From assembly GCA_964632485.1 (NCBI GenBank), contig CAZWDO010000014.1, positions 1 to 64,000 on the forward strand: DNA of 64,000 bases. The letters run 5' to 3'. Position 1 is the stretch's first letter. Each line of letters opens with the position of its first letter. Made by a program: the position numbers and the translations under genes. Source of the DNA: an uncultured bacterium (lineage in GTDB: Bacteria > JAGOEH01). The notes beneath the pieces are model-generated. The model saw only the letters and a program-made list of their open reading frames with translations. It was not told the origin of the DNA and made no database searches. Positions 8,659 through 19,900 of the stretch are shown here, piece by piece.

Positions 8659-9348
8659 ATGAATCGTCGTTGTTTAAAGGCGCTTATTTTTGATATGGAT
8701 GGAGTGGTTATCGATTCTGAATCAATTTGGGATCGGGTTCAGGATGAATTTTTAAAACGGCGAGGATACGTTTGGAAGCGTGAACAACTGAAGCCGTTGT
8801 TAGCGGGGAGCTCTCCTTTGGAAGCTGTCCGACGGATGCAGGAAATTTATGGATTCGATGGGGATTTAGAGGAACTCAGTCGTGAACGTTTAGAAATATA
8901 TCACAATTTTCTTCCCAACATGGTTCGGTTTGTCGATGGCTTTAAAACTTTCTTCAACGAATATAGCTCCAGTTATCGGGTGGCTATCGCTACTTCCGCG
9001 GATCGTTCAAGTTTTGATTTAGTCGATTCAATCTTAAATCTAACTGATCTCTTTAAAGGAAATATCGTTACAATTGATCAGGTCAATTTTGCCGCCAAAC
9101 CAGATCCTGATCTGTTCCTTGAAGCCGCCCGTCGATTGCGCTTGGAACCCGGGGCTTGTATGGTGATTGAAGATGCGCCATTGGGGATTCAAGCGGCTAA
9201 AGCGGCTGAAATGATGTGCATCGGATTAGCGACAACTTTCCCGTCCTCATTTTTAGAGTGTGCCGATTGGGTTGCCAAAGATTATGATGCTATTGCCATG
9301 ATAATAAATGTTATGCGGGGTGGTTGCGCCTCGGAGTTATGCCAGTAA
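8659..9348 (+). CDS. HAD-superfamily phosphatase (beta-PGM/CbbY-like, subfamily IA)
   Basis: IFDMDGVVIDSE motif I, IATS motif II, KPDPDLF and IEDAPLGIQAA motifs III/IV; AGGAG RBS. Confidence 0.92.
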   Translation: MNRRCLKALIFDMDGVVIDSESIWDRVQDEFLKRRGYVWKREQLKPLLAGSSPLEAVRRMQEIYGFDGDLEELSRERLEIYHNFLPNMVRFVDGFKTFFNEYSSSYRVAIATSADRSSFDLVDSILNLTDLFKGNIVTIDQVNFAAKPDPDLFLEAARRLRLEPGACMVIEDAPLGIQAAKAAEMMCIGLATTFPSSFLECADWVAKDYDAIAMIINVMRGGCASELCQ

Positions 9349-9354
9349 GTAATG

Positions 9355-10248
9355 TTATTCGGAATCAGGCAGGCATCGGCGAATGGTTAAAGCTCCTTTT
9401 AGAGCGAATATTTTGATCGCATCAGCGATAGGCGCGGGCTTTCCTCCACTTGGCGGAACGACCCAGCCCCCAGATTCCAGATAATAGAGCCCATCCTCTA
9501 ATTCGACAATTATGCCAAAATGGCCGTTTAATCCCAATATGTCTCCAGCCTGCAACCGCTTCTTGTCTTTCGGAGTTAATATTCCGTTTTGGGAAATAGC
9601 CAGGATTTCTCGCCCCAATCCTACTAATTCACTGGTATCGAGTCTATACCGGTTGGGTGTGCCCTCACGTCCGCCTTTATCCCTAAGTTGATGGTTCAGG
9701 CAATAGTTGCGATATCCCGATGAACTGAATAAGGCTGCAGGATCGTCAGCGTTTATCATACCTAATTCCACGGCCAGCTCATAGGCCGATACGGTAAATC
9801 CGGAGCAATCCAGGCCATAGCGATACTGGTAGCGGATCCCTTCAGACTGGGGATCGTCCAAATCCAACAGATCGCCGCCCCAGCGGTAGAATTCTTTGCC
9901 CAAATAAAGCTGATAGGAGTTAAAAATAATAATCGCTAATGTGTTTATAAGTTGCAATTTTGGCAGCCTTGCCAGTTCCGTTTGATAGGGTTTGAGCGCT
10001 GGTTTGATAATCGAGTTCATAAATTCACGGTTGGCGGTTCCATATCCTGATATCCGTAAATCACCTTTGATCAGAGTGAGAGTATCTCCCTGAACGTCCG
10101 GGCCAAAATTTCCTTCGGTATAATCCTGGGCGATTGAGGTGTAAATTTCCTGCCATATCGGCTGGGAATGAGTGGTATTTTGAGCCGATAGTGTGGCTGC
10201 AAAGGTAAGCCATAGACAAGTAATCAACCAAAATCCAGTATGGTTCAT
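9355..10248 (-). CDS. Secreted NlpC/P60-like cysteine hydrolase
   Basis: Signal peptide; YRWGG, GLDCSGF (catalytic Cys), LQAGDIL..GHFGII (His), YYLES. Confidence 0.7.
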   Translation of the reverse strand: MNHTGFWLITCLWLTFAATLSAQNTTHSQPIWQEIYTSIAQDYTEGNFGPDVQGDTLTLIKGDLRISGYGTANREFMNSIIKPALKPYQTELARLPKLQLINTLAIIIFNSYQLYLGKEFYRWGGDLLDLDDPQSEGIRYQYRYGLDCSGFTVSAYELAVELGMINADDPAALFSSSGYRNYCLNHQLRDKGGREGTPNRYRLDTSELVGLGREILAISQNGILTPKDKKRLQAGDILGLNGHFGIIVELEDGLYYLESGGWVVPPSGGKPAPIADAIKIFALKGALTIRRCLPDSE

Positions 10249-10292
10249 ACTAACAAACTCCTGTGTTGGGTTATCTTGTTTTCTTAATTAAC

Positions 10293-10357
10293 AAAGTACA
10301 ATAAAAAAAAAGATTTGTCAAGAAAAATGTTGACTTTTAATTGTTTTTTTTTATATT
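10293..10357. promoter_or_regulatory. Back-to-back sigma70-type promoters (NlpC/P60 on minus, ROK on plus)
   Basis: Minus: TTGACA (10321-10316)-N17-TACTTT. Plus: TTGACT (10330-10335)-N16-TATATT. Confidence 0.55.
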
Positions 10358-10463
10358 TAATTAATTGGGAAAAATGATTCCTTTTGGTACGTTAGGTTTG
10401 TTTGGTTAATTAACTTTTAATTGACATTAGAGCGTAAGCAAATCACTGTCCATTGGAGAGCCA

Positions 10464-11711
10464 ATGAAAAGAATTCGAGAGTATAATGAAATATTAGTAT
10501 TACGGACGATTCAGGCGGAGAATCCTATTTCACGGGTGGAGTTGGCGCGGCGGTTGAATTTATCGCGAGCGGCTTTAACTGGCATTGTGCAGCGTTTGGT
10601 GGATGTTGGTTTATTAATGGAAGTGGGCCGGGGTAGTACGACTGGTAAAGGTGGCCGTCGGGAAGTGCTGTTGAGTTTTAATCCAGCTTTCGGGGCAATT
10701 CTGGCGGTAGAAATTGATCAAGATTATACGCAATGCGGTTTGTTCGATTTGAATATTAATCTTCAGGATCAGAAATTAGTAGTTAATACCAAAGATCTCG
10801 ATCCTTCCGCTATTATTAAAATGATTGCGGAGACCTGTCATTCCTTGATTAAAAAAAACAATATAGAATTGCAGAGTATCATCGGTATGGGTGTAGGTAT
10901 GCCGGGTGTTATTGATTACCAAAAAGGGCAAGTTATTGAAGGTGGGATTATCCAACGATGGCATCATTATCCGTTGTGCGCGGAATTGGCAAGTTATTTT
11001 TCGTTTCCCGTATTTATAGAAAATAATGTCAAAGCCGTTACTCTCGGCGAATTTTTTTTTGGGAGTGGTCGGCATGCTGAAAATTTGGTTTGCTTTTGGT
11101 TTGGGAATGGCATCGGTGTGGGTATGATACGCCAGCATTCACTTTACCGGGGATATACCGCGAGCGCCGGGGAGTTGGGTTTTTGGGAACTTATTCCCGG
11201 AATTCAGAACGGATTGCCTTTAGTCCATGATGATTCAAATAAAATATGGGGAGACCTGTTATCCTTGAAAAATTTTTTTCAAAGTATCCGCAAAGGCATT
11301 GACCAAGGCTGGAATACAATGTTAAAACATGGTTTTAATCTGAATGATGTTTTAAATGCGGTTGAAAAAGGGGATCCTCTGATTCTGCACTTGTTTAAAG
11401 TATATGGTAAATTAATGGGACAATTGAGCAGTCTGGTCTTGTATATTGTCAATCCGTCAGTAATAGTGTTTGCTGGCCCGTTTTTTTCAAACAGTACGGT
11501 TCTCTTCGATGAGATACGGAAATATCTACAAAAAAGTTACCTCCATAGCTCTATTGAGAAAACGGAATTACGTTGTACCAGTTTGAAAAATGAAGCGGTT
11601 CTGGTAGGAGCCGCCAGTTTGGTCCTCAATGATTTTTTTCTTTTACCTACCGATGAATCTTCCAGCCGAAGCCGTTCGATGTTTGTCGGCATGAAACAGA
11701 GCGCGGATTGA
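10464..11711 (+). CDS. ROK family (XylR/NagC-like) transcriptional regulator
   Basis: N-terminal HTH PISRVELARRLNLSRAALTGIVQRL, GKGGRR linker, GVGMPGVID, IENNVKAVTLGE, GNGIGVG, AGELG. Confidence 0.92.
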   Translation: MKRIREYNEILVLRTIQAENPISRVELARRLNLSRAALTGIVQRLVDVGLLMEVGRGSTTGKGGRREVLLSFNPAFGAILAVEIDQDYTQCGLFDLNINLQDQKLVVNTKDLDPSAIIKMIAETCHSLIKKNNIELQSIIGMGVGMPGVIDYQKGQVIEGGIIQRWHHYPLCAELASYFSFPVFIENNVKAVTLGEFFFGSGRHAENLVCFWFGNGIGVGMIRQHSLYRGYTASAGELGFWELIPGIQNGLPLVHDDSNKIWGDLLSLKNFFQSIRKGIDQGWNTMLKHGFNLNDVLNAVEKGDPLILHLFKVYGKLMGQLSSLVLYIVNPSVIVFAGPFFSNSTVLFDEIRKYLQKSYLHSSIEKTELRCTSLKNEAVLVGAASLVLNDFFLLPTDESSSRSRSMFVGMKQSAD

Positions 11712-11773
11712 GTATTGGAAATGTAGATTGAGGAAACGATATTTTAGTTTTGGCAGTTGAAAGGAGAATAATA

Positions 11774-14155
11774 ATGAGATATCACCAAATTTTATTTTTG
11801 TTTGGGCTGACGAGTATTATTTTTGGGCAGGAAGCCATGAATAATTTAATGACGCTCAGTCTGGAGGAATTGATGAATGTTCCTGTGTCATTGGGAACAC
11901 GCGGGGACGACCGGACCCCCTTCAATTCGCCAGCGCCGATTGATGTAATCTCTGCAGAAGATANNNNNNNNNNTTCGGTTAATGCGCCGCGGCCGTCTAT
12001 CACCGATGGCTCGGATCATGTGCAGGCATTTTCACTACGTGGATTAGGAGCGGATCAAATGCTGGTTTTGATTAATGGCATTCGCAAACACAATTCCGCT
12101 CTGGTTCATGTCAATGCAACCATTTTACGCGGGACCACCAGTAATGATTTAAATGTGATTCCGGTCGATGCCATTGAACGTATAGAAATATTGCGGGATG
12201 GGGCGGCCGCCCAATATGGTTCCGATGCTATTTCAGGAATTATCAATATTGTGTTAAAAACGAATGCAGATAAATCTGTTCATGCAGAATATCGGAAAAC
12301 GACTGAAGGAGACGGTGAAGCTGTCTGTTTAGCCAGTTCCTTGGGTTACAGTTTGTCAGATAAAGACTATTTAGTTGTCACATCTGAGTTCCGGGATCGT
12401 GATTATACGAACCGATCGATTCCTCGCTATGATTTGACAGGCCCGGATACCGTTTTATTAAATAAAAAGATTTATCGTTGCGGGGATGCCAAATCAAGGG
12501 ATATGACCTTTATGTATAACTATGCCCGCCAATTAAGTTTCAACATCCCATCGCATTTTTACTCGCATGGTTATTATAGCCAGAGACGGGGCGAATCTGC
12601 GGGCTACTATCGCCTTCCTTCACAAAGCCGCGTTCCCCTGACCGGTTTCCCCGAAGGGTTTCTCCCCATATTAGCGCCGGTACTGCAGGATAAAAATTTG
12701 ACGCTGGGTTTTAAAACTGAAATGAATGACTGGAAGACCAATATTAGCTTTTCTTATGGGAAAAATAGTATGCAGTTCAATCTTGAGAATAGTCTCAACA
12801 GTTCTTTGGGCCCGAGCAGTCAACGACGTTTCTATTGTGGAACTCTTAATTTTCAGCAATATGTCCTGAATATTAACATGTTCAGGGAGATGGATATCGG
12901 TTTGGAAAACCCTTTGGATGTGGGAATCGGTTCGGAATTAAGAGCCGAAAATTTTGTTCAGCATCAGGGGGAGGAAGCATCCTGGATTGCCGGGGATTAT
13001 CATGATTCATTGACAATTGATGGTGAATTAGTTGTACGAAATGAATATCCGGCAGGCGCTCAGTTGTTTCCCGGTTATATGCCACAAAATGAACGGGATA
13101 AATCGCGAAACAGTGTTTCCCTATACACTGATTTTGAAAGCAAGATCAGCTCCACTATACTTTTAGGGTTGGCTGGACGATTTGAAGAGTATAGCGATTT
13201 TGGCCACTCATTTAACAGCAAGTTTTCCTTTCGGTTTGAACCTATAGAGAAACTTGTGATTAGAGCTACCACAAGCACTGGTTTCCGCGCTCCTTCATTG
13301 GGACAATCTTATTTCACCGCAATTCAAACCAATAATGTTGCGGGCAAGTTGATTCAATCCGGCACCTATTCGGTGAATGATCCGGTGGCGCAAGAATTAG
13401 GCGCAACTCCCTTAAAACCTGAAAAATCATTTCATTTGAGCGCCGGACTGGCTTCACGTCAAATTAACAATCTCTCGATTGCCATTGACTTTTTTTATGT
13501 TCATATCCGGGATCGCATCATTCTGACTGGCAGTTTTGCTCAATCAAATCCTTCCGCTTATATTCAACAAGTGCTAAGTAAGTATAACATTGAGGGCGCG
13601 AAATATTTCACTAATGCGATAGATACAAAAACCCAGGGGATGGACCTGGTTATTAAATATAATTTGGAAATAGAAGATATCGGCGCTCTGCTTTTTTCCG
13701 CTGTTGCAAATTTTAACCGAACCTTGCTTGATGGAGACGTGAAAGTACCGCAAACAATGCTGGCCGCTAAAGATGTTTTTCTGGATCGACAACAAATTTC
13801 TAAGTTCGAGGACGGTCAACCCAATTATGTGGCGCAGTTTTCTATCGATTATTTACGCAAAAGTTTGGAGACACAATTTAAATTGATTCGGTATGGCCAA
13901 TTAAAATACGTTGAAAACTCGGCTGATCCTTCTTTGGATCAGACTTTTAATGGAGAATTGCTATGCGATCTGAATATTAACTATAAACTGAGTCGTCAAT
14001 TGACGCTGCAACTGGGCGGCCATAATATCTTTAATTCCTATCCGGATAAATTTCTGCCCGGCCGCTACGATTATTATCTGGTGTATTTTTGCGAAGCCGC
14101 ACCCTATGGTTTTAATGGCGCGGATTTTTACTCCAGCTTGCAATACCGATTTTAA
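11774..14155 (+). CDS. TonB-dependent outer-membrane receptor (contains an assembly gap)
   Basis: ATG after AAGGAG; LSLEELMNV, plug motifs SLRGLGADQMLVLING and IERIEILRDGAAAQYGSDAISGIINIVLK, STGFRAPSL, LKPEKS, terminal YRF. Confidence 0.93.
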   Translation: MRYHQILFLFGLTSIIFGQEAMNNLMTLSLEELMNVPVSLGTRGDDRTPFNSPAPIDVISAEDXXXXSVNAPRPSITDGSDHVQAFSLRGLGADQMLVLINGIRKHNSALVHVNATILRGTTSNDLNVIPVDAIERIEILRDGAAAQYGSDAISGIINIVLKTNADKSVHAEYRKTTEGDGEAVCLASSLGYSLSDKDYLVVTSEFRDRDYTNRSIPRYDLTGPDTVLLNKKIYRCGDAKSRDMTFMYNYARQLSFNIPSHFYSHGYYSQRRGESAGYYRLPSQSRVPLTGFPEGFLPILAPVLQDKNLTLGFKTEMNDWKTNISFSYGKNSMQFNLENSLNSSLGPSSQRRFYCGTLNFQQYVLNINMFREMDIGLENPLDVGIGSELRAENFVQHQGEEASWIAGDYHDSLTIDGELVVRNEYPAGAQLFPGYMPQNERDKSRNSVSLYTDFESKISSTILLGLAGRFEEYSDFGHSFNSKFSFRFEPIEKLVIRATTSTGFRAPSLGQSYFTAIQTNNVAGKLIQSGTYSVNDPVAQELGATPLKPEKSFHLSAGLASRQINNLSIAIDFFYVHIRDRIILTGSFAQSNPSAYIQQVLSKYNIEGAKYFTNAIDTKTQGMDLVIKYNLEIEDIGALLFSAVANFNRTLLDGDVKVPQTMLAAKDVFLDRQQISKFEDGQPNYVAQFSIDYLRKSLETQFKLIRYGQLKYVENSADPSLDQTFNGELLCDLNINYKLSRQLTLQLGGHNIFNSYPDKFLPGRYDYYLVYFCEAAPYGFNGADFYSSLQYRF
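11964..11973. other. Scaffold gap (10 N)
   Basis: Run of n in the sequence. Confidence 1.
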
Positions 14156-14248
14156 CAGGAGCTTACTGAATATATTCACTTTTTTTTACTATATATTGAG
14201 AGTAGTATTTTTTTTACAATCCTCCTTCTAATGATCAGGGTGAACTTC

Positions 14249-14971
14249 TTATTTTTCAGCTTTATCCAAATCTTGAGCAATATCTCGTTGAAAATCCAGG
14301 GTCAAATAGTCTAAACTCATCGGCAGCGCCAGTTCAAGAGTCGAAATTAATTGAATGCCGGCTTTGGCTTTTAGGGGGGTACATTCAAGTAGATGTCCAC
14401 CGTGTTGAAAATCCGCAGATAAAAAATGAAGATGTAAGCCGGGCACACTTACCGATGCCATAAATGAAGGTGTAAAAAAGCCAGCTAAAGTACCCTCGAT
14501 ATTGGAAAAAATAAATTCCGGCTGTTCTTTTGCTACTTCTACTAAGGGTTTGTAATTTTCCTGTTTTGGAACTGATCTCACTTTAATATGAGAAAAAACA
14601 CCTTCAATTCGAAGCGCGTAGAATATATTTGTCGATGGTAATAAGCTCAATAACCATTCCTGAAATTCATTGTAAAACATGGCTTTATCTATAGAGTCAT
14701 GGCTCAGTGGATTGTAGAAAGTCACACAGGAAAAAGGTGTTAGCGCTTCTTGGGGGACCTGATTGACGCGTCCGTCTGAATTTATTTGAAAAATTTGTCC
14801 ATCAAGCATGACCATTTCTCCATCCAGATTATCAAAAGTACCGATTCCGAAATTGCCAAATTGTTTGACCTCAGTAAATGGTATTTTTTGTTCGTATATG
14901 CCTTCAACAAGGGCATTTACTGGCGCACAGAGATATAATCGGTTTAATTTTAACGAGGAGCCCTGATTCAT
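14249..14971 (-). CDS. alsD: Alpha-acetolactate decarboxylase
   Basis: GNFGIGTFDNLDGEM, TPFSCVTF, VRSVPKQ, GTLAGFFTP, PGLHLHFLS..GGHLL zinc-binding histidines. Confidence 0.92.
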   Translation of the reverse strand: MNQGSSLKLNRLYLCAPVNALVEGIYEQKIPFTEVKQFGNFGIGTFDNLDGEMVMLDGQIFQINSDGRVNQVPQEALTPFSCVTFYNPLSHDSIDKAMFYNEFQEWLLSLLPSTNIFYALRIEGVFSHIKVRSVPKQENYKPLVEVAKEQPEFIFSNIEGTLAGFFTPSFMASVSVPGLHLHFLSADFQHGGHLLECTPLKAKAGIQLISTLELALPMSLDYLTLDFQRDIAQDLDKAEK

Positions 14972-15069
14972 AGTATTAATCTCCTTAGCTATGTGTACTA
15001 TTGTATTCCGTACCCGGATTTTTAGTGGGTTTCAATGATTTTTTTAACTAAAATGGAGTAGAATTTTTC

Positions 15070-16701
15070 TCATTTAGACAATAGTTTTGCCGTTTCCACC
15101 AGTTTAATAAATTCATTGCGGTCGCCGTCTGTATCAGAGCCCAGTGAGCCTTTAGCTAATTTTTCGACCTGCTCCCAGTTTAGATTTTTTTTATTGGGTG
15201 AATCTCTTAGCATCATTCCAAATCCGGCAACAGAGACAGAAAACCGAAAATTTTCAGAGGTTTTATCTAATTTTTGGGGTGAATTTTTGACGACTTGCTC
15301 GATAAGTTGGCTGATATCTGATTTTAGAGGTTTATAGCGAAATTTCAAGGTGGCGATCTCTCCACTGGATTGAGCGGCATCGTTAAGTTTCGTGGTTTGG
15401 TATTTCAAACTATCGGCCTGGTTGATTGACTGGGTAGCGCCTGCCGGAACGATTTCATAGATGGCCGTGACGGAATGTCCGGCTCCCAGTTCTCCCGCAT
15501 CCTTGGTATCGTCATTAAAATCTTCGTTGGCTAACAGTCGGTTTTCGTATCCGATCAAGCGATAGGCTTTAATGAGAGCTGGATTGAACTCAATTTGGAT
15601 TTTAACGTCTTTGGCAATGGTGAAAAGATTGGCGCGCATTTCACGAACAAATACTTTTTGCGCTTCACGGATGTTATCAATATAAAAATAGTTGCCATTA
15701 CCGGCATTACTGATCTCTTCCATACGCGAGTCTTTGTAATTACCCATGCCAAACCCGCAAATCGTCAGGTAAATATCTTCCTTACGCTTTTCTTCGATCA
15801 TACGTATTAGTTCCGAAGATGAGGATACTCCGATATTGAAATCGCCATCGGTGCAAAGAATCACCCGGTTATTGCCGTCGGCAATCAAATTTTGTCGGGC
15901 AACGGTATAGGCCAGTTCTATTCCCTCTCCCCCGGCGGTAGAACCTCCGGCGGATAAGCGCTCCAGCGATTCAATGATATTTTCTTTTTCAGTGGCCGGG
16001 GTGGAGGGTAAAACCAGTCCCGCGGCTCCCGCATAAGCGACAATGGCCACCCGATCTTTTATTGATAAATTCTCTACCATCATTTTTAAGGCTTTTTTTA
16101 ATAGGGGGAGTTTATTCTCGTCTGACATCGAACCGGAGGCATCCACCAGAAAAACAAGATTGCAGGGTTTTAGATTCTCATAGTCAAGTTTCTTCCCTTG
16201 AATCCCGATATGCAAAAGTCTGTTTTCTTCATTCCACGGGCATTCGGCGAATTCTATGTTGATGGAGAATGGGTGCGCGCCTTTCGGCTGAGGATAATCA
16301 TAACTAAAATAATTGATTAATTCTTCAATACGGACGGCATCTTCGGGCGGCAGTTCACTGTTGTTCAAATATCGTCGGACATTGCCGTAAGACGCTTTGT
16401 CGACATCGATGGAAAAGGTGGACATGGGGTTTTGTTTGGCGTCCTTAAACGGGTTCTCATCAATTTTGGAATATTCTTCGGTATTAAATTTGGGCGGCGG
16501 TGGTTCATAACCACTCTGTTGAAACATGGGAGCCGGCGCATTAGCGAGCTTAAATGCCGTGCCCGCTTTCGATGCTTCCTCTTTTTTTTCTTTACGATTA
16601 ACGGTTAAATCGTCCGGCTGTTCTTTTGGATTGGTTCCGCAATTGAATCCTGATAGGACAAAAAACATCAGCAGTGATAAAAACCATAGACGGTATAACA
16701 T
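15070..16701 (-). CDS. von Willebrand factor A domain protein, YfbK/DUF3520 type, probably a lipoprotein
   Basis: ATG 16701 after AAAGGAGG; STFSIDVDKASY, VRIEELINYF, MIDAS DASGSM, TDGDFNIG, YRLIGYENR, DAGELGAGHSVTAIYE. Confidence 0.92.
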   Translation of the reverse strand: MLYRLWFLSLLMFFVLSGFNCGTNPKEQPDDLTVNRKEKKEEASKAGTAFKLANAPAPMFQQSGYEPPPPKFNTEEYSKIDENPFKDAKQNPMSTFSIDVDKASYGNVRRYLNNSELPPEDAVRIEELINYFSYDYPQPKGAHPFSINIEFAECPWNEENRLLHIGIQGKKLDYENLKPCNLVFLVDASGSMSDENKLPLLKKALKMMVENLSIKDRVAIVAYAGAAGLVLPSTPATEKENIIESLERLSAGGSTAGGEGIELAYTVARQNLIADGNNRVILCTDGDFNIGVSSSSELIRMIEEKRKEDIYLTICGFGMGNYKDSRMEEISNAGNGNYFYIDNIREAQKVFVREMRANLFTIAKDVKIQIEFNPALIKAYRLIGYENRLLANEDFNDDTKDAGELGAGHSVTAIYEIVPAGATQSINQADSLKYQTTKLNDAAQSSGEIATLKFRYKPLKSDISQLIEQVVKNSPQKLDKTSENFRFSVSVAGFGMMLRDSPNKKNLNWEQVEKLAKGSLGSDTDGDRNEFIKLVETAKLLSK

Positions 16702-16959
16702 AGCGATTCCTCCTTTAAATGGGGAAGGGTGAAAATCAGCTTCCATTCTGATCGTTCATTCATATAGTAATTATAGGGAAAGAGTCGCTTGAAGTCAAGT
16801 TATTTATTTTAAAGTTAAAAAAGATCATAAAATCGTATGTAGAACCCCAATGTTCTAAGCCTGAATTGGCTATTTGCTTCTAATCACTGGCTGCTCTATC
16901 CCGGAACACTAATCTTTGAGGGAATATTTGCCCCGGAATGGAGAAGAAAGATATTCGGA

Positions 16960-19900
16960 TTATGATCTGCTATGCTTAATCATGATCAGTGTGATATCAT
17001 CATCTGGAATGTTTCTTCCGGAGAATTCTTTTCCGGCATCGGTCAGGTCCTGGATTAAATCTGAGGTAGAATAATGGATATGGTTTTGGATGATTTCGGC
17101 AATTTGGTCGTATCCGAACTGATGATCGTTCTCGTCCATCCATTCAGCTAAGCCATCTGTGAGAAACAATATTCCCTCTCCGGGATGGAGAGTGACACGA
17201 AGACTTTGAAAGTTTACCTGCTCAAAATAACCCAGAGGGGGCCCACCACTTTCTATCATCGATATTTTTTGGCTCTGAATACTGAATAAATAGGGGAATG
17301 GCAGCCCGGAGTTGCATATCTGGAGTTCTCGGGTTTCAAGATCGAAGATAGCGATGCACAAGCAAATTCCCAGTTCAATTTTTAAAAAATAAAAAATTTC
17401 ATTTACATGCTTTAAAAGTATGGCGGGCTCGGGATTATCTTTCAGAAACTGCAGTGAGCTGGTTAAAATCGATTTGGTTTGAGCAACTACCAGTCCACTG
17501 GCCATTCCATGTCCCGCAACATCACCAATAACAATGGCCACACGATGAGCATTAAGATTAAAAAAATCATAATAATCACCGCCCACTTCGGTAGCCGTTT
17601 GCATAAATGTTCGAATTTCAAGATTTTTCAGGATCGGTGGATGTTCAGGCAACATGGAAAGTTGAAATGTGCGGGCATGTTCCAGCTCGTCGGATTTTCG
17701 TTTGAATTCAACGGACTGCAGGTGTTCCCTGGCTTTTCGTTTTGTTTGTTCTAATTTGAAGCGGACAAATGAAATAATAATGGAAATAGTGAAAAAGATA
17801 TATGCAGCATACGCCCAAATCGTTTTCCAAAACGGAGGAATGATTGTAATAGAGAGAGTCGTTCCGGTTTCATTCCATAATCCGTCATTATTGCAGGCTT
17901 TCACCCGGAACAGATAGTGTCCGGGGGAAAGATTGGTATAGGTTGCGATCCGTTGCCGGGAATCGGTATAAATCCATTCATTGTCAAGACCTTCCAAACA
18001 GTAGGCATACAAGTTTTTAGTGGGGAATGAAAAATCCAGCGCCGCGAATTCAAAAGAAAAAAAATAATCTTTATAATTAAGTGTTAAATGAGATAGCTCG
18101 GAAATTGGCCGTTCCAATTGGATGATCTTATTCATTTTGCGAAATGAGGTGATAATCACTTCGGGTGGATAGCGATTGGTTTGTATCTGTTCCGGAAAAA
18201 ACGCATTAAATCCATTGATTCCTCCAAAGAACATTTCTCCGGAAGGACTTAGATAGTATGACCCTCCGTTAAACTCATTGCTTTGAAGTCCATCGCTTTC
18301 ATCAAATGCGGTTACCCGTTCTGAAATCGGATCAAAACGCGCTATTCCATGATTGGTACTGATCCAGAGTAATCCGTTCGGATCTTCCAATATTCCATAG
18401 ATTGCATTACCAGGTAACCCCTTGGAGACATCAAAGGTTAGAAATGTTTCATGCTGGGGGTCAAATCGATTGATTCCCCCTCCCCAGGTTCCAATCCAGA
18501 GAAAACCGTGTCGATCCTCGTATATACAAAAAATATAATCGTTGCTGAGGGCTTGGGGATTCGCAGGATCGGCTCGAAAAGCGCGAAAATGACCGGTTTT
18601 CCTATCCATAAGGTTCAAGCCACCCCCCTGAGTTCCAATCCAAAACCGTCCATTACGATCTTCCAGTATTGTGCGTACATAGTCATTAGAGATAGAAGTG
18701 GATGAATGGGACGATTGGGTTTGGTATCGTGTAAAAGTCCGGTTATTCGGTTCCAGACGGTTTAATCCCCCCCCATTCGTACCGATCCAGATAGACCCGG
18801 ACTGATCCTGATAAAGTGAACGAATTTCATTGTGGCTGAGACTGCCAGAGTCTGAGGCATCTGTTTTAAAATGCTCCCAATGGAATGTTTGAAGGTCCAA
18901 CCGATCGAGACCGCCCCCATTGGTACCAATCCATAAAAATTCCTGCCGATCTTTCATCAATAGACGCACTCGATTGTCGCTGAGGCTGTTCAAATTAGTC
19001 GGATTATGTCTAAAGTGTTGATAGCTTCCGTTCCAGCGATTGAGTAAATCTAAACCATCATGAGTTCCAACCCATAATGATCCTGGTTTCGCTTCGCAAA
19101 AAGACCAAACAATTTTATGGCTTAGACCTTGGGTCTTTTGAGGATTTGCGGTATAATGATAGAAAGGTTTTTGTTTGAGATCAGCCTTGTTAATTCCGCC
19201 CCCATAAGTTCCGATCCAAAGCGCCTCGCATTTATCGATAAAAAGCGCGCAAATCCCATCGTGGCTGAGCGTATGAGGTTCGGCGCTATTTGAACGGATA
19301 TGGATGGTTTTATTCCGATCGGGAGAAATGCGATATATCCCTTGTTGATTGGTGCCAATCCATAGATTTCCTCGACGATCTTCAACAATTGCCTGAATAT
19401 GGGGTTGGGTATGGTTAGCTTCTATTTGTACTATCAGAGCGGTTTGAGAGTTGCCGATACTAAGATAGTAAAGACCAGAGGTTGTTCCGATCCACAATGC
19501 TCCTTTTTGATCAGTGTATAAAACGGTAATATATTGAGACTTTTGTCCGCCCAGATGATTTTTTATGGCATAATGTTTAAAACCGGGTGTTTTGCTGGAC
19601 CGGCAATTAAGCCCATTTCGCGTTCCAACCCATAAGTTGCCCTCCTTATCTTGTGTGATTGCTGTAATTTGATTATCGGTCAGGGAGTTTGAAGCGGAGC
19701 GCTGATAACGTTCAACAATAAATCGGCGGTTTATCGGGTCCCACCGGTTTAATCCTTCGTCGGTGCCTATCCATAGAGAGCCGTTTTGATCTTCATAAAG
19801 CGCGCGAATATTATCGTTGCTTAAGCTCCCGCTTTCATTGAGGGTTTGTTGCCACGACTGAAATTGACCCGTAGAAGGATCGAGGCAGTTTAGCCCACCT

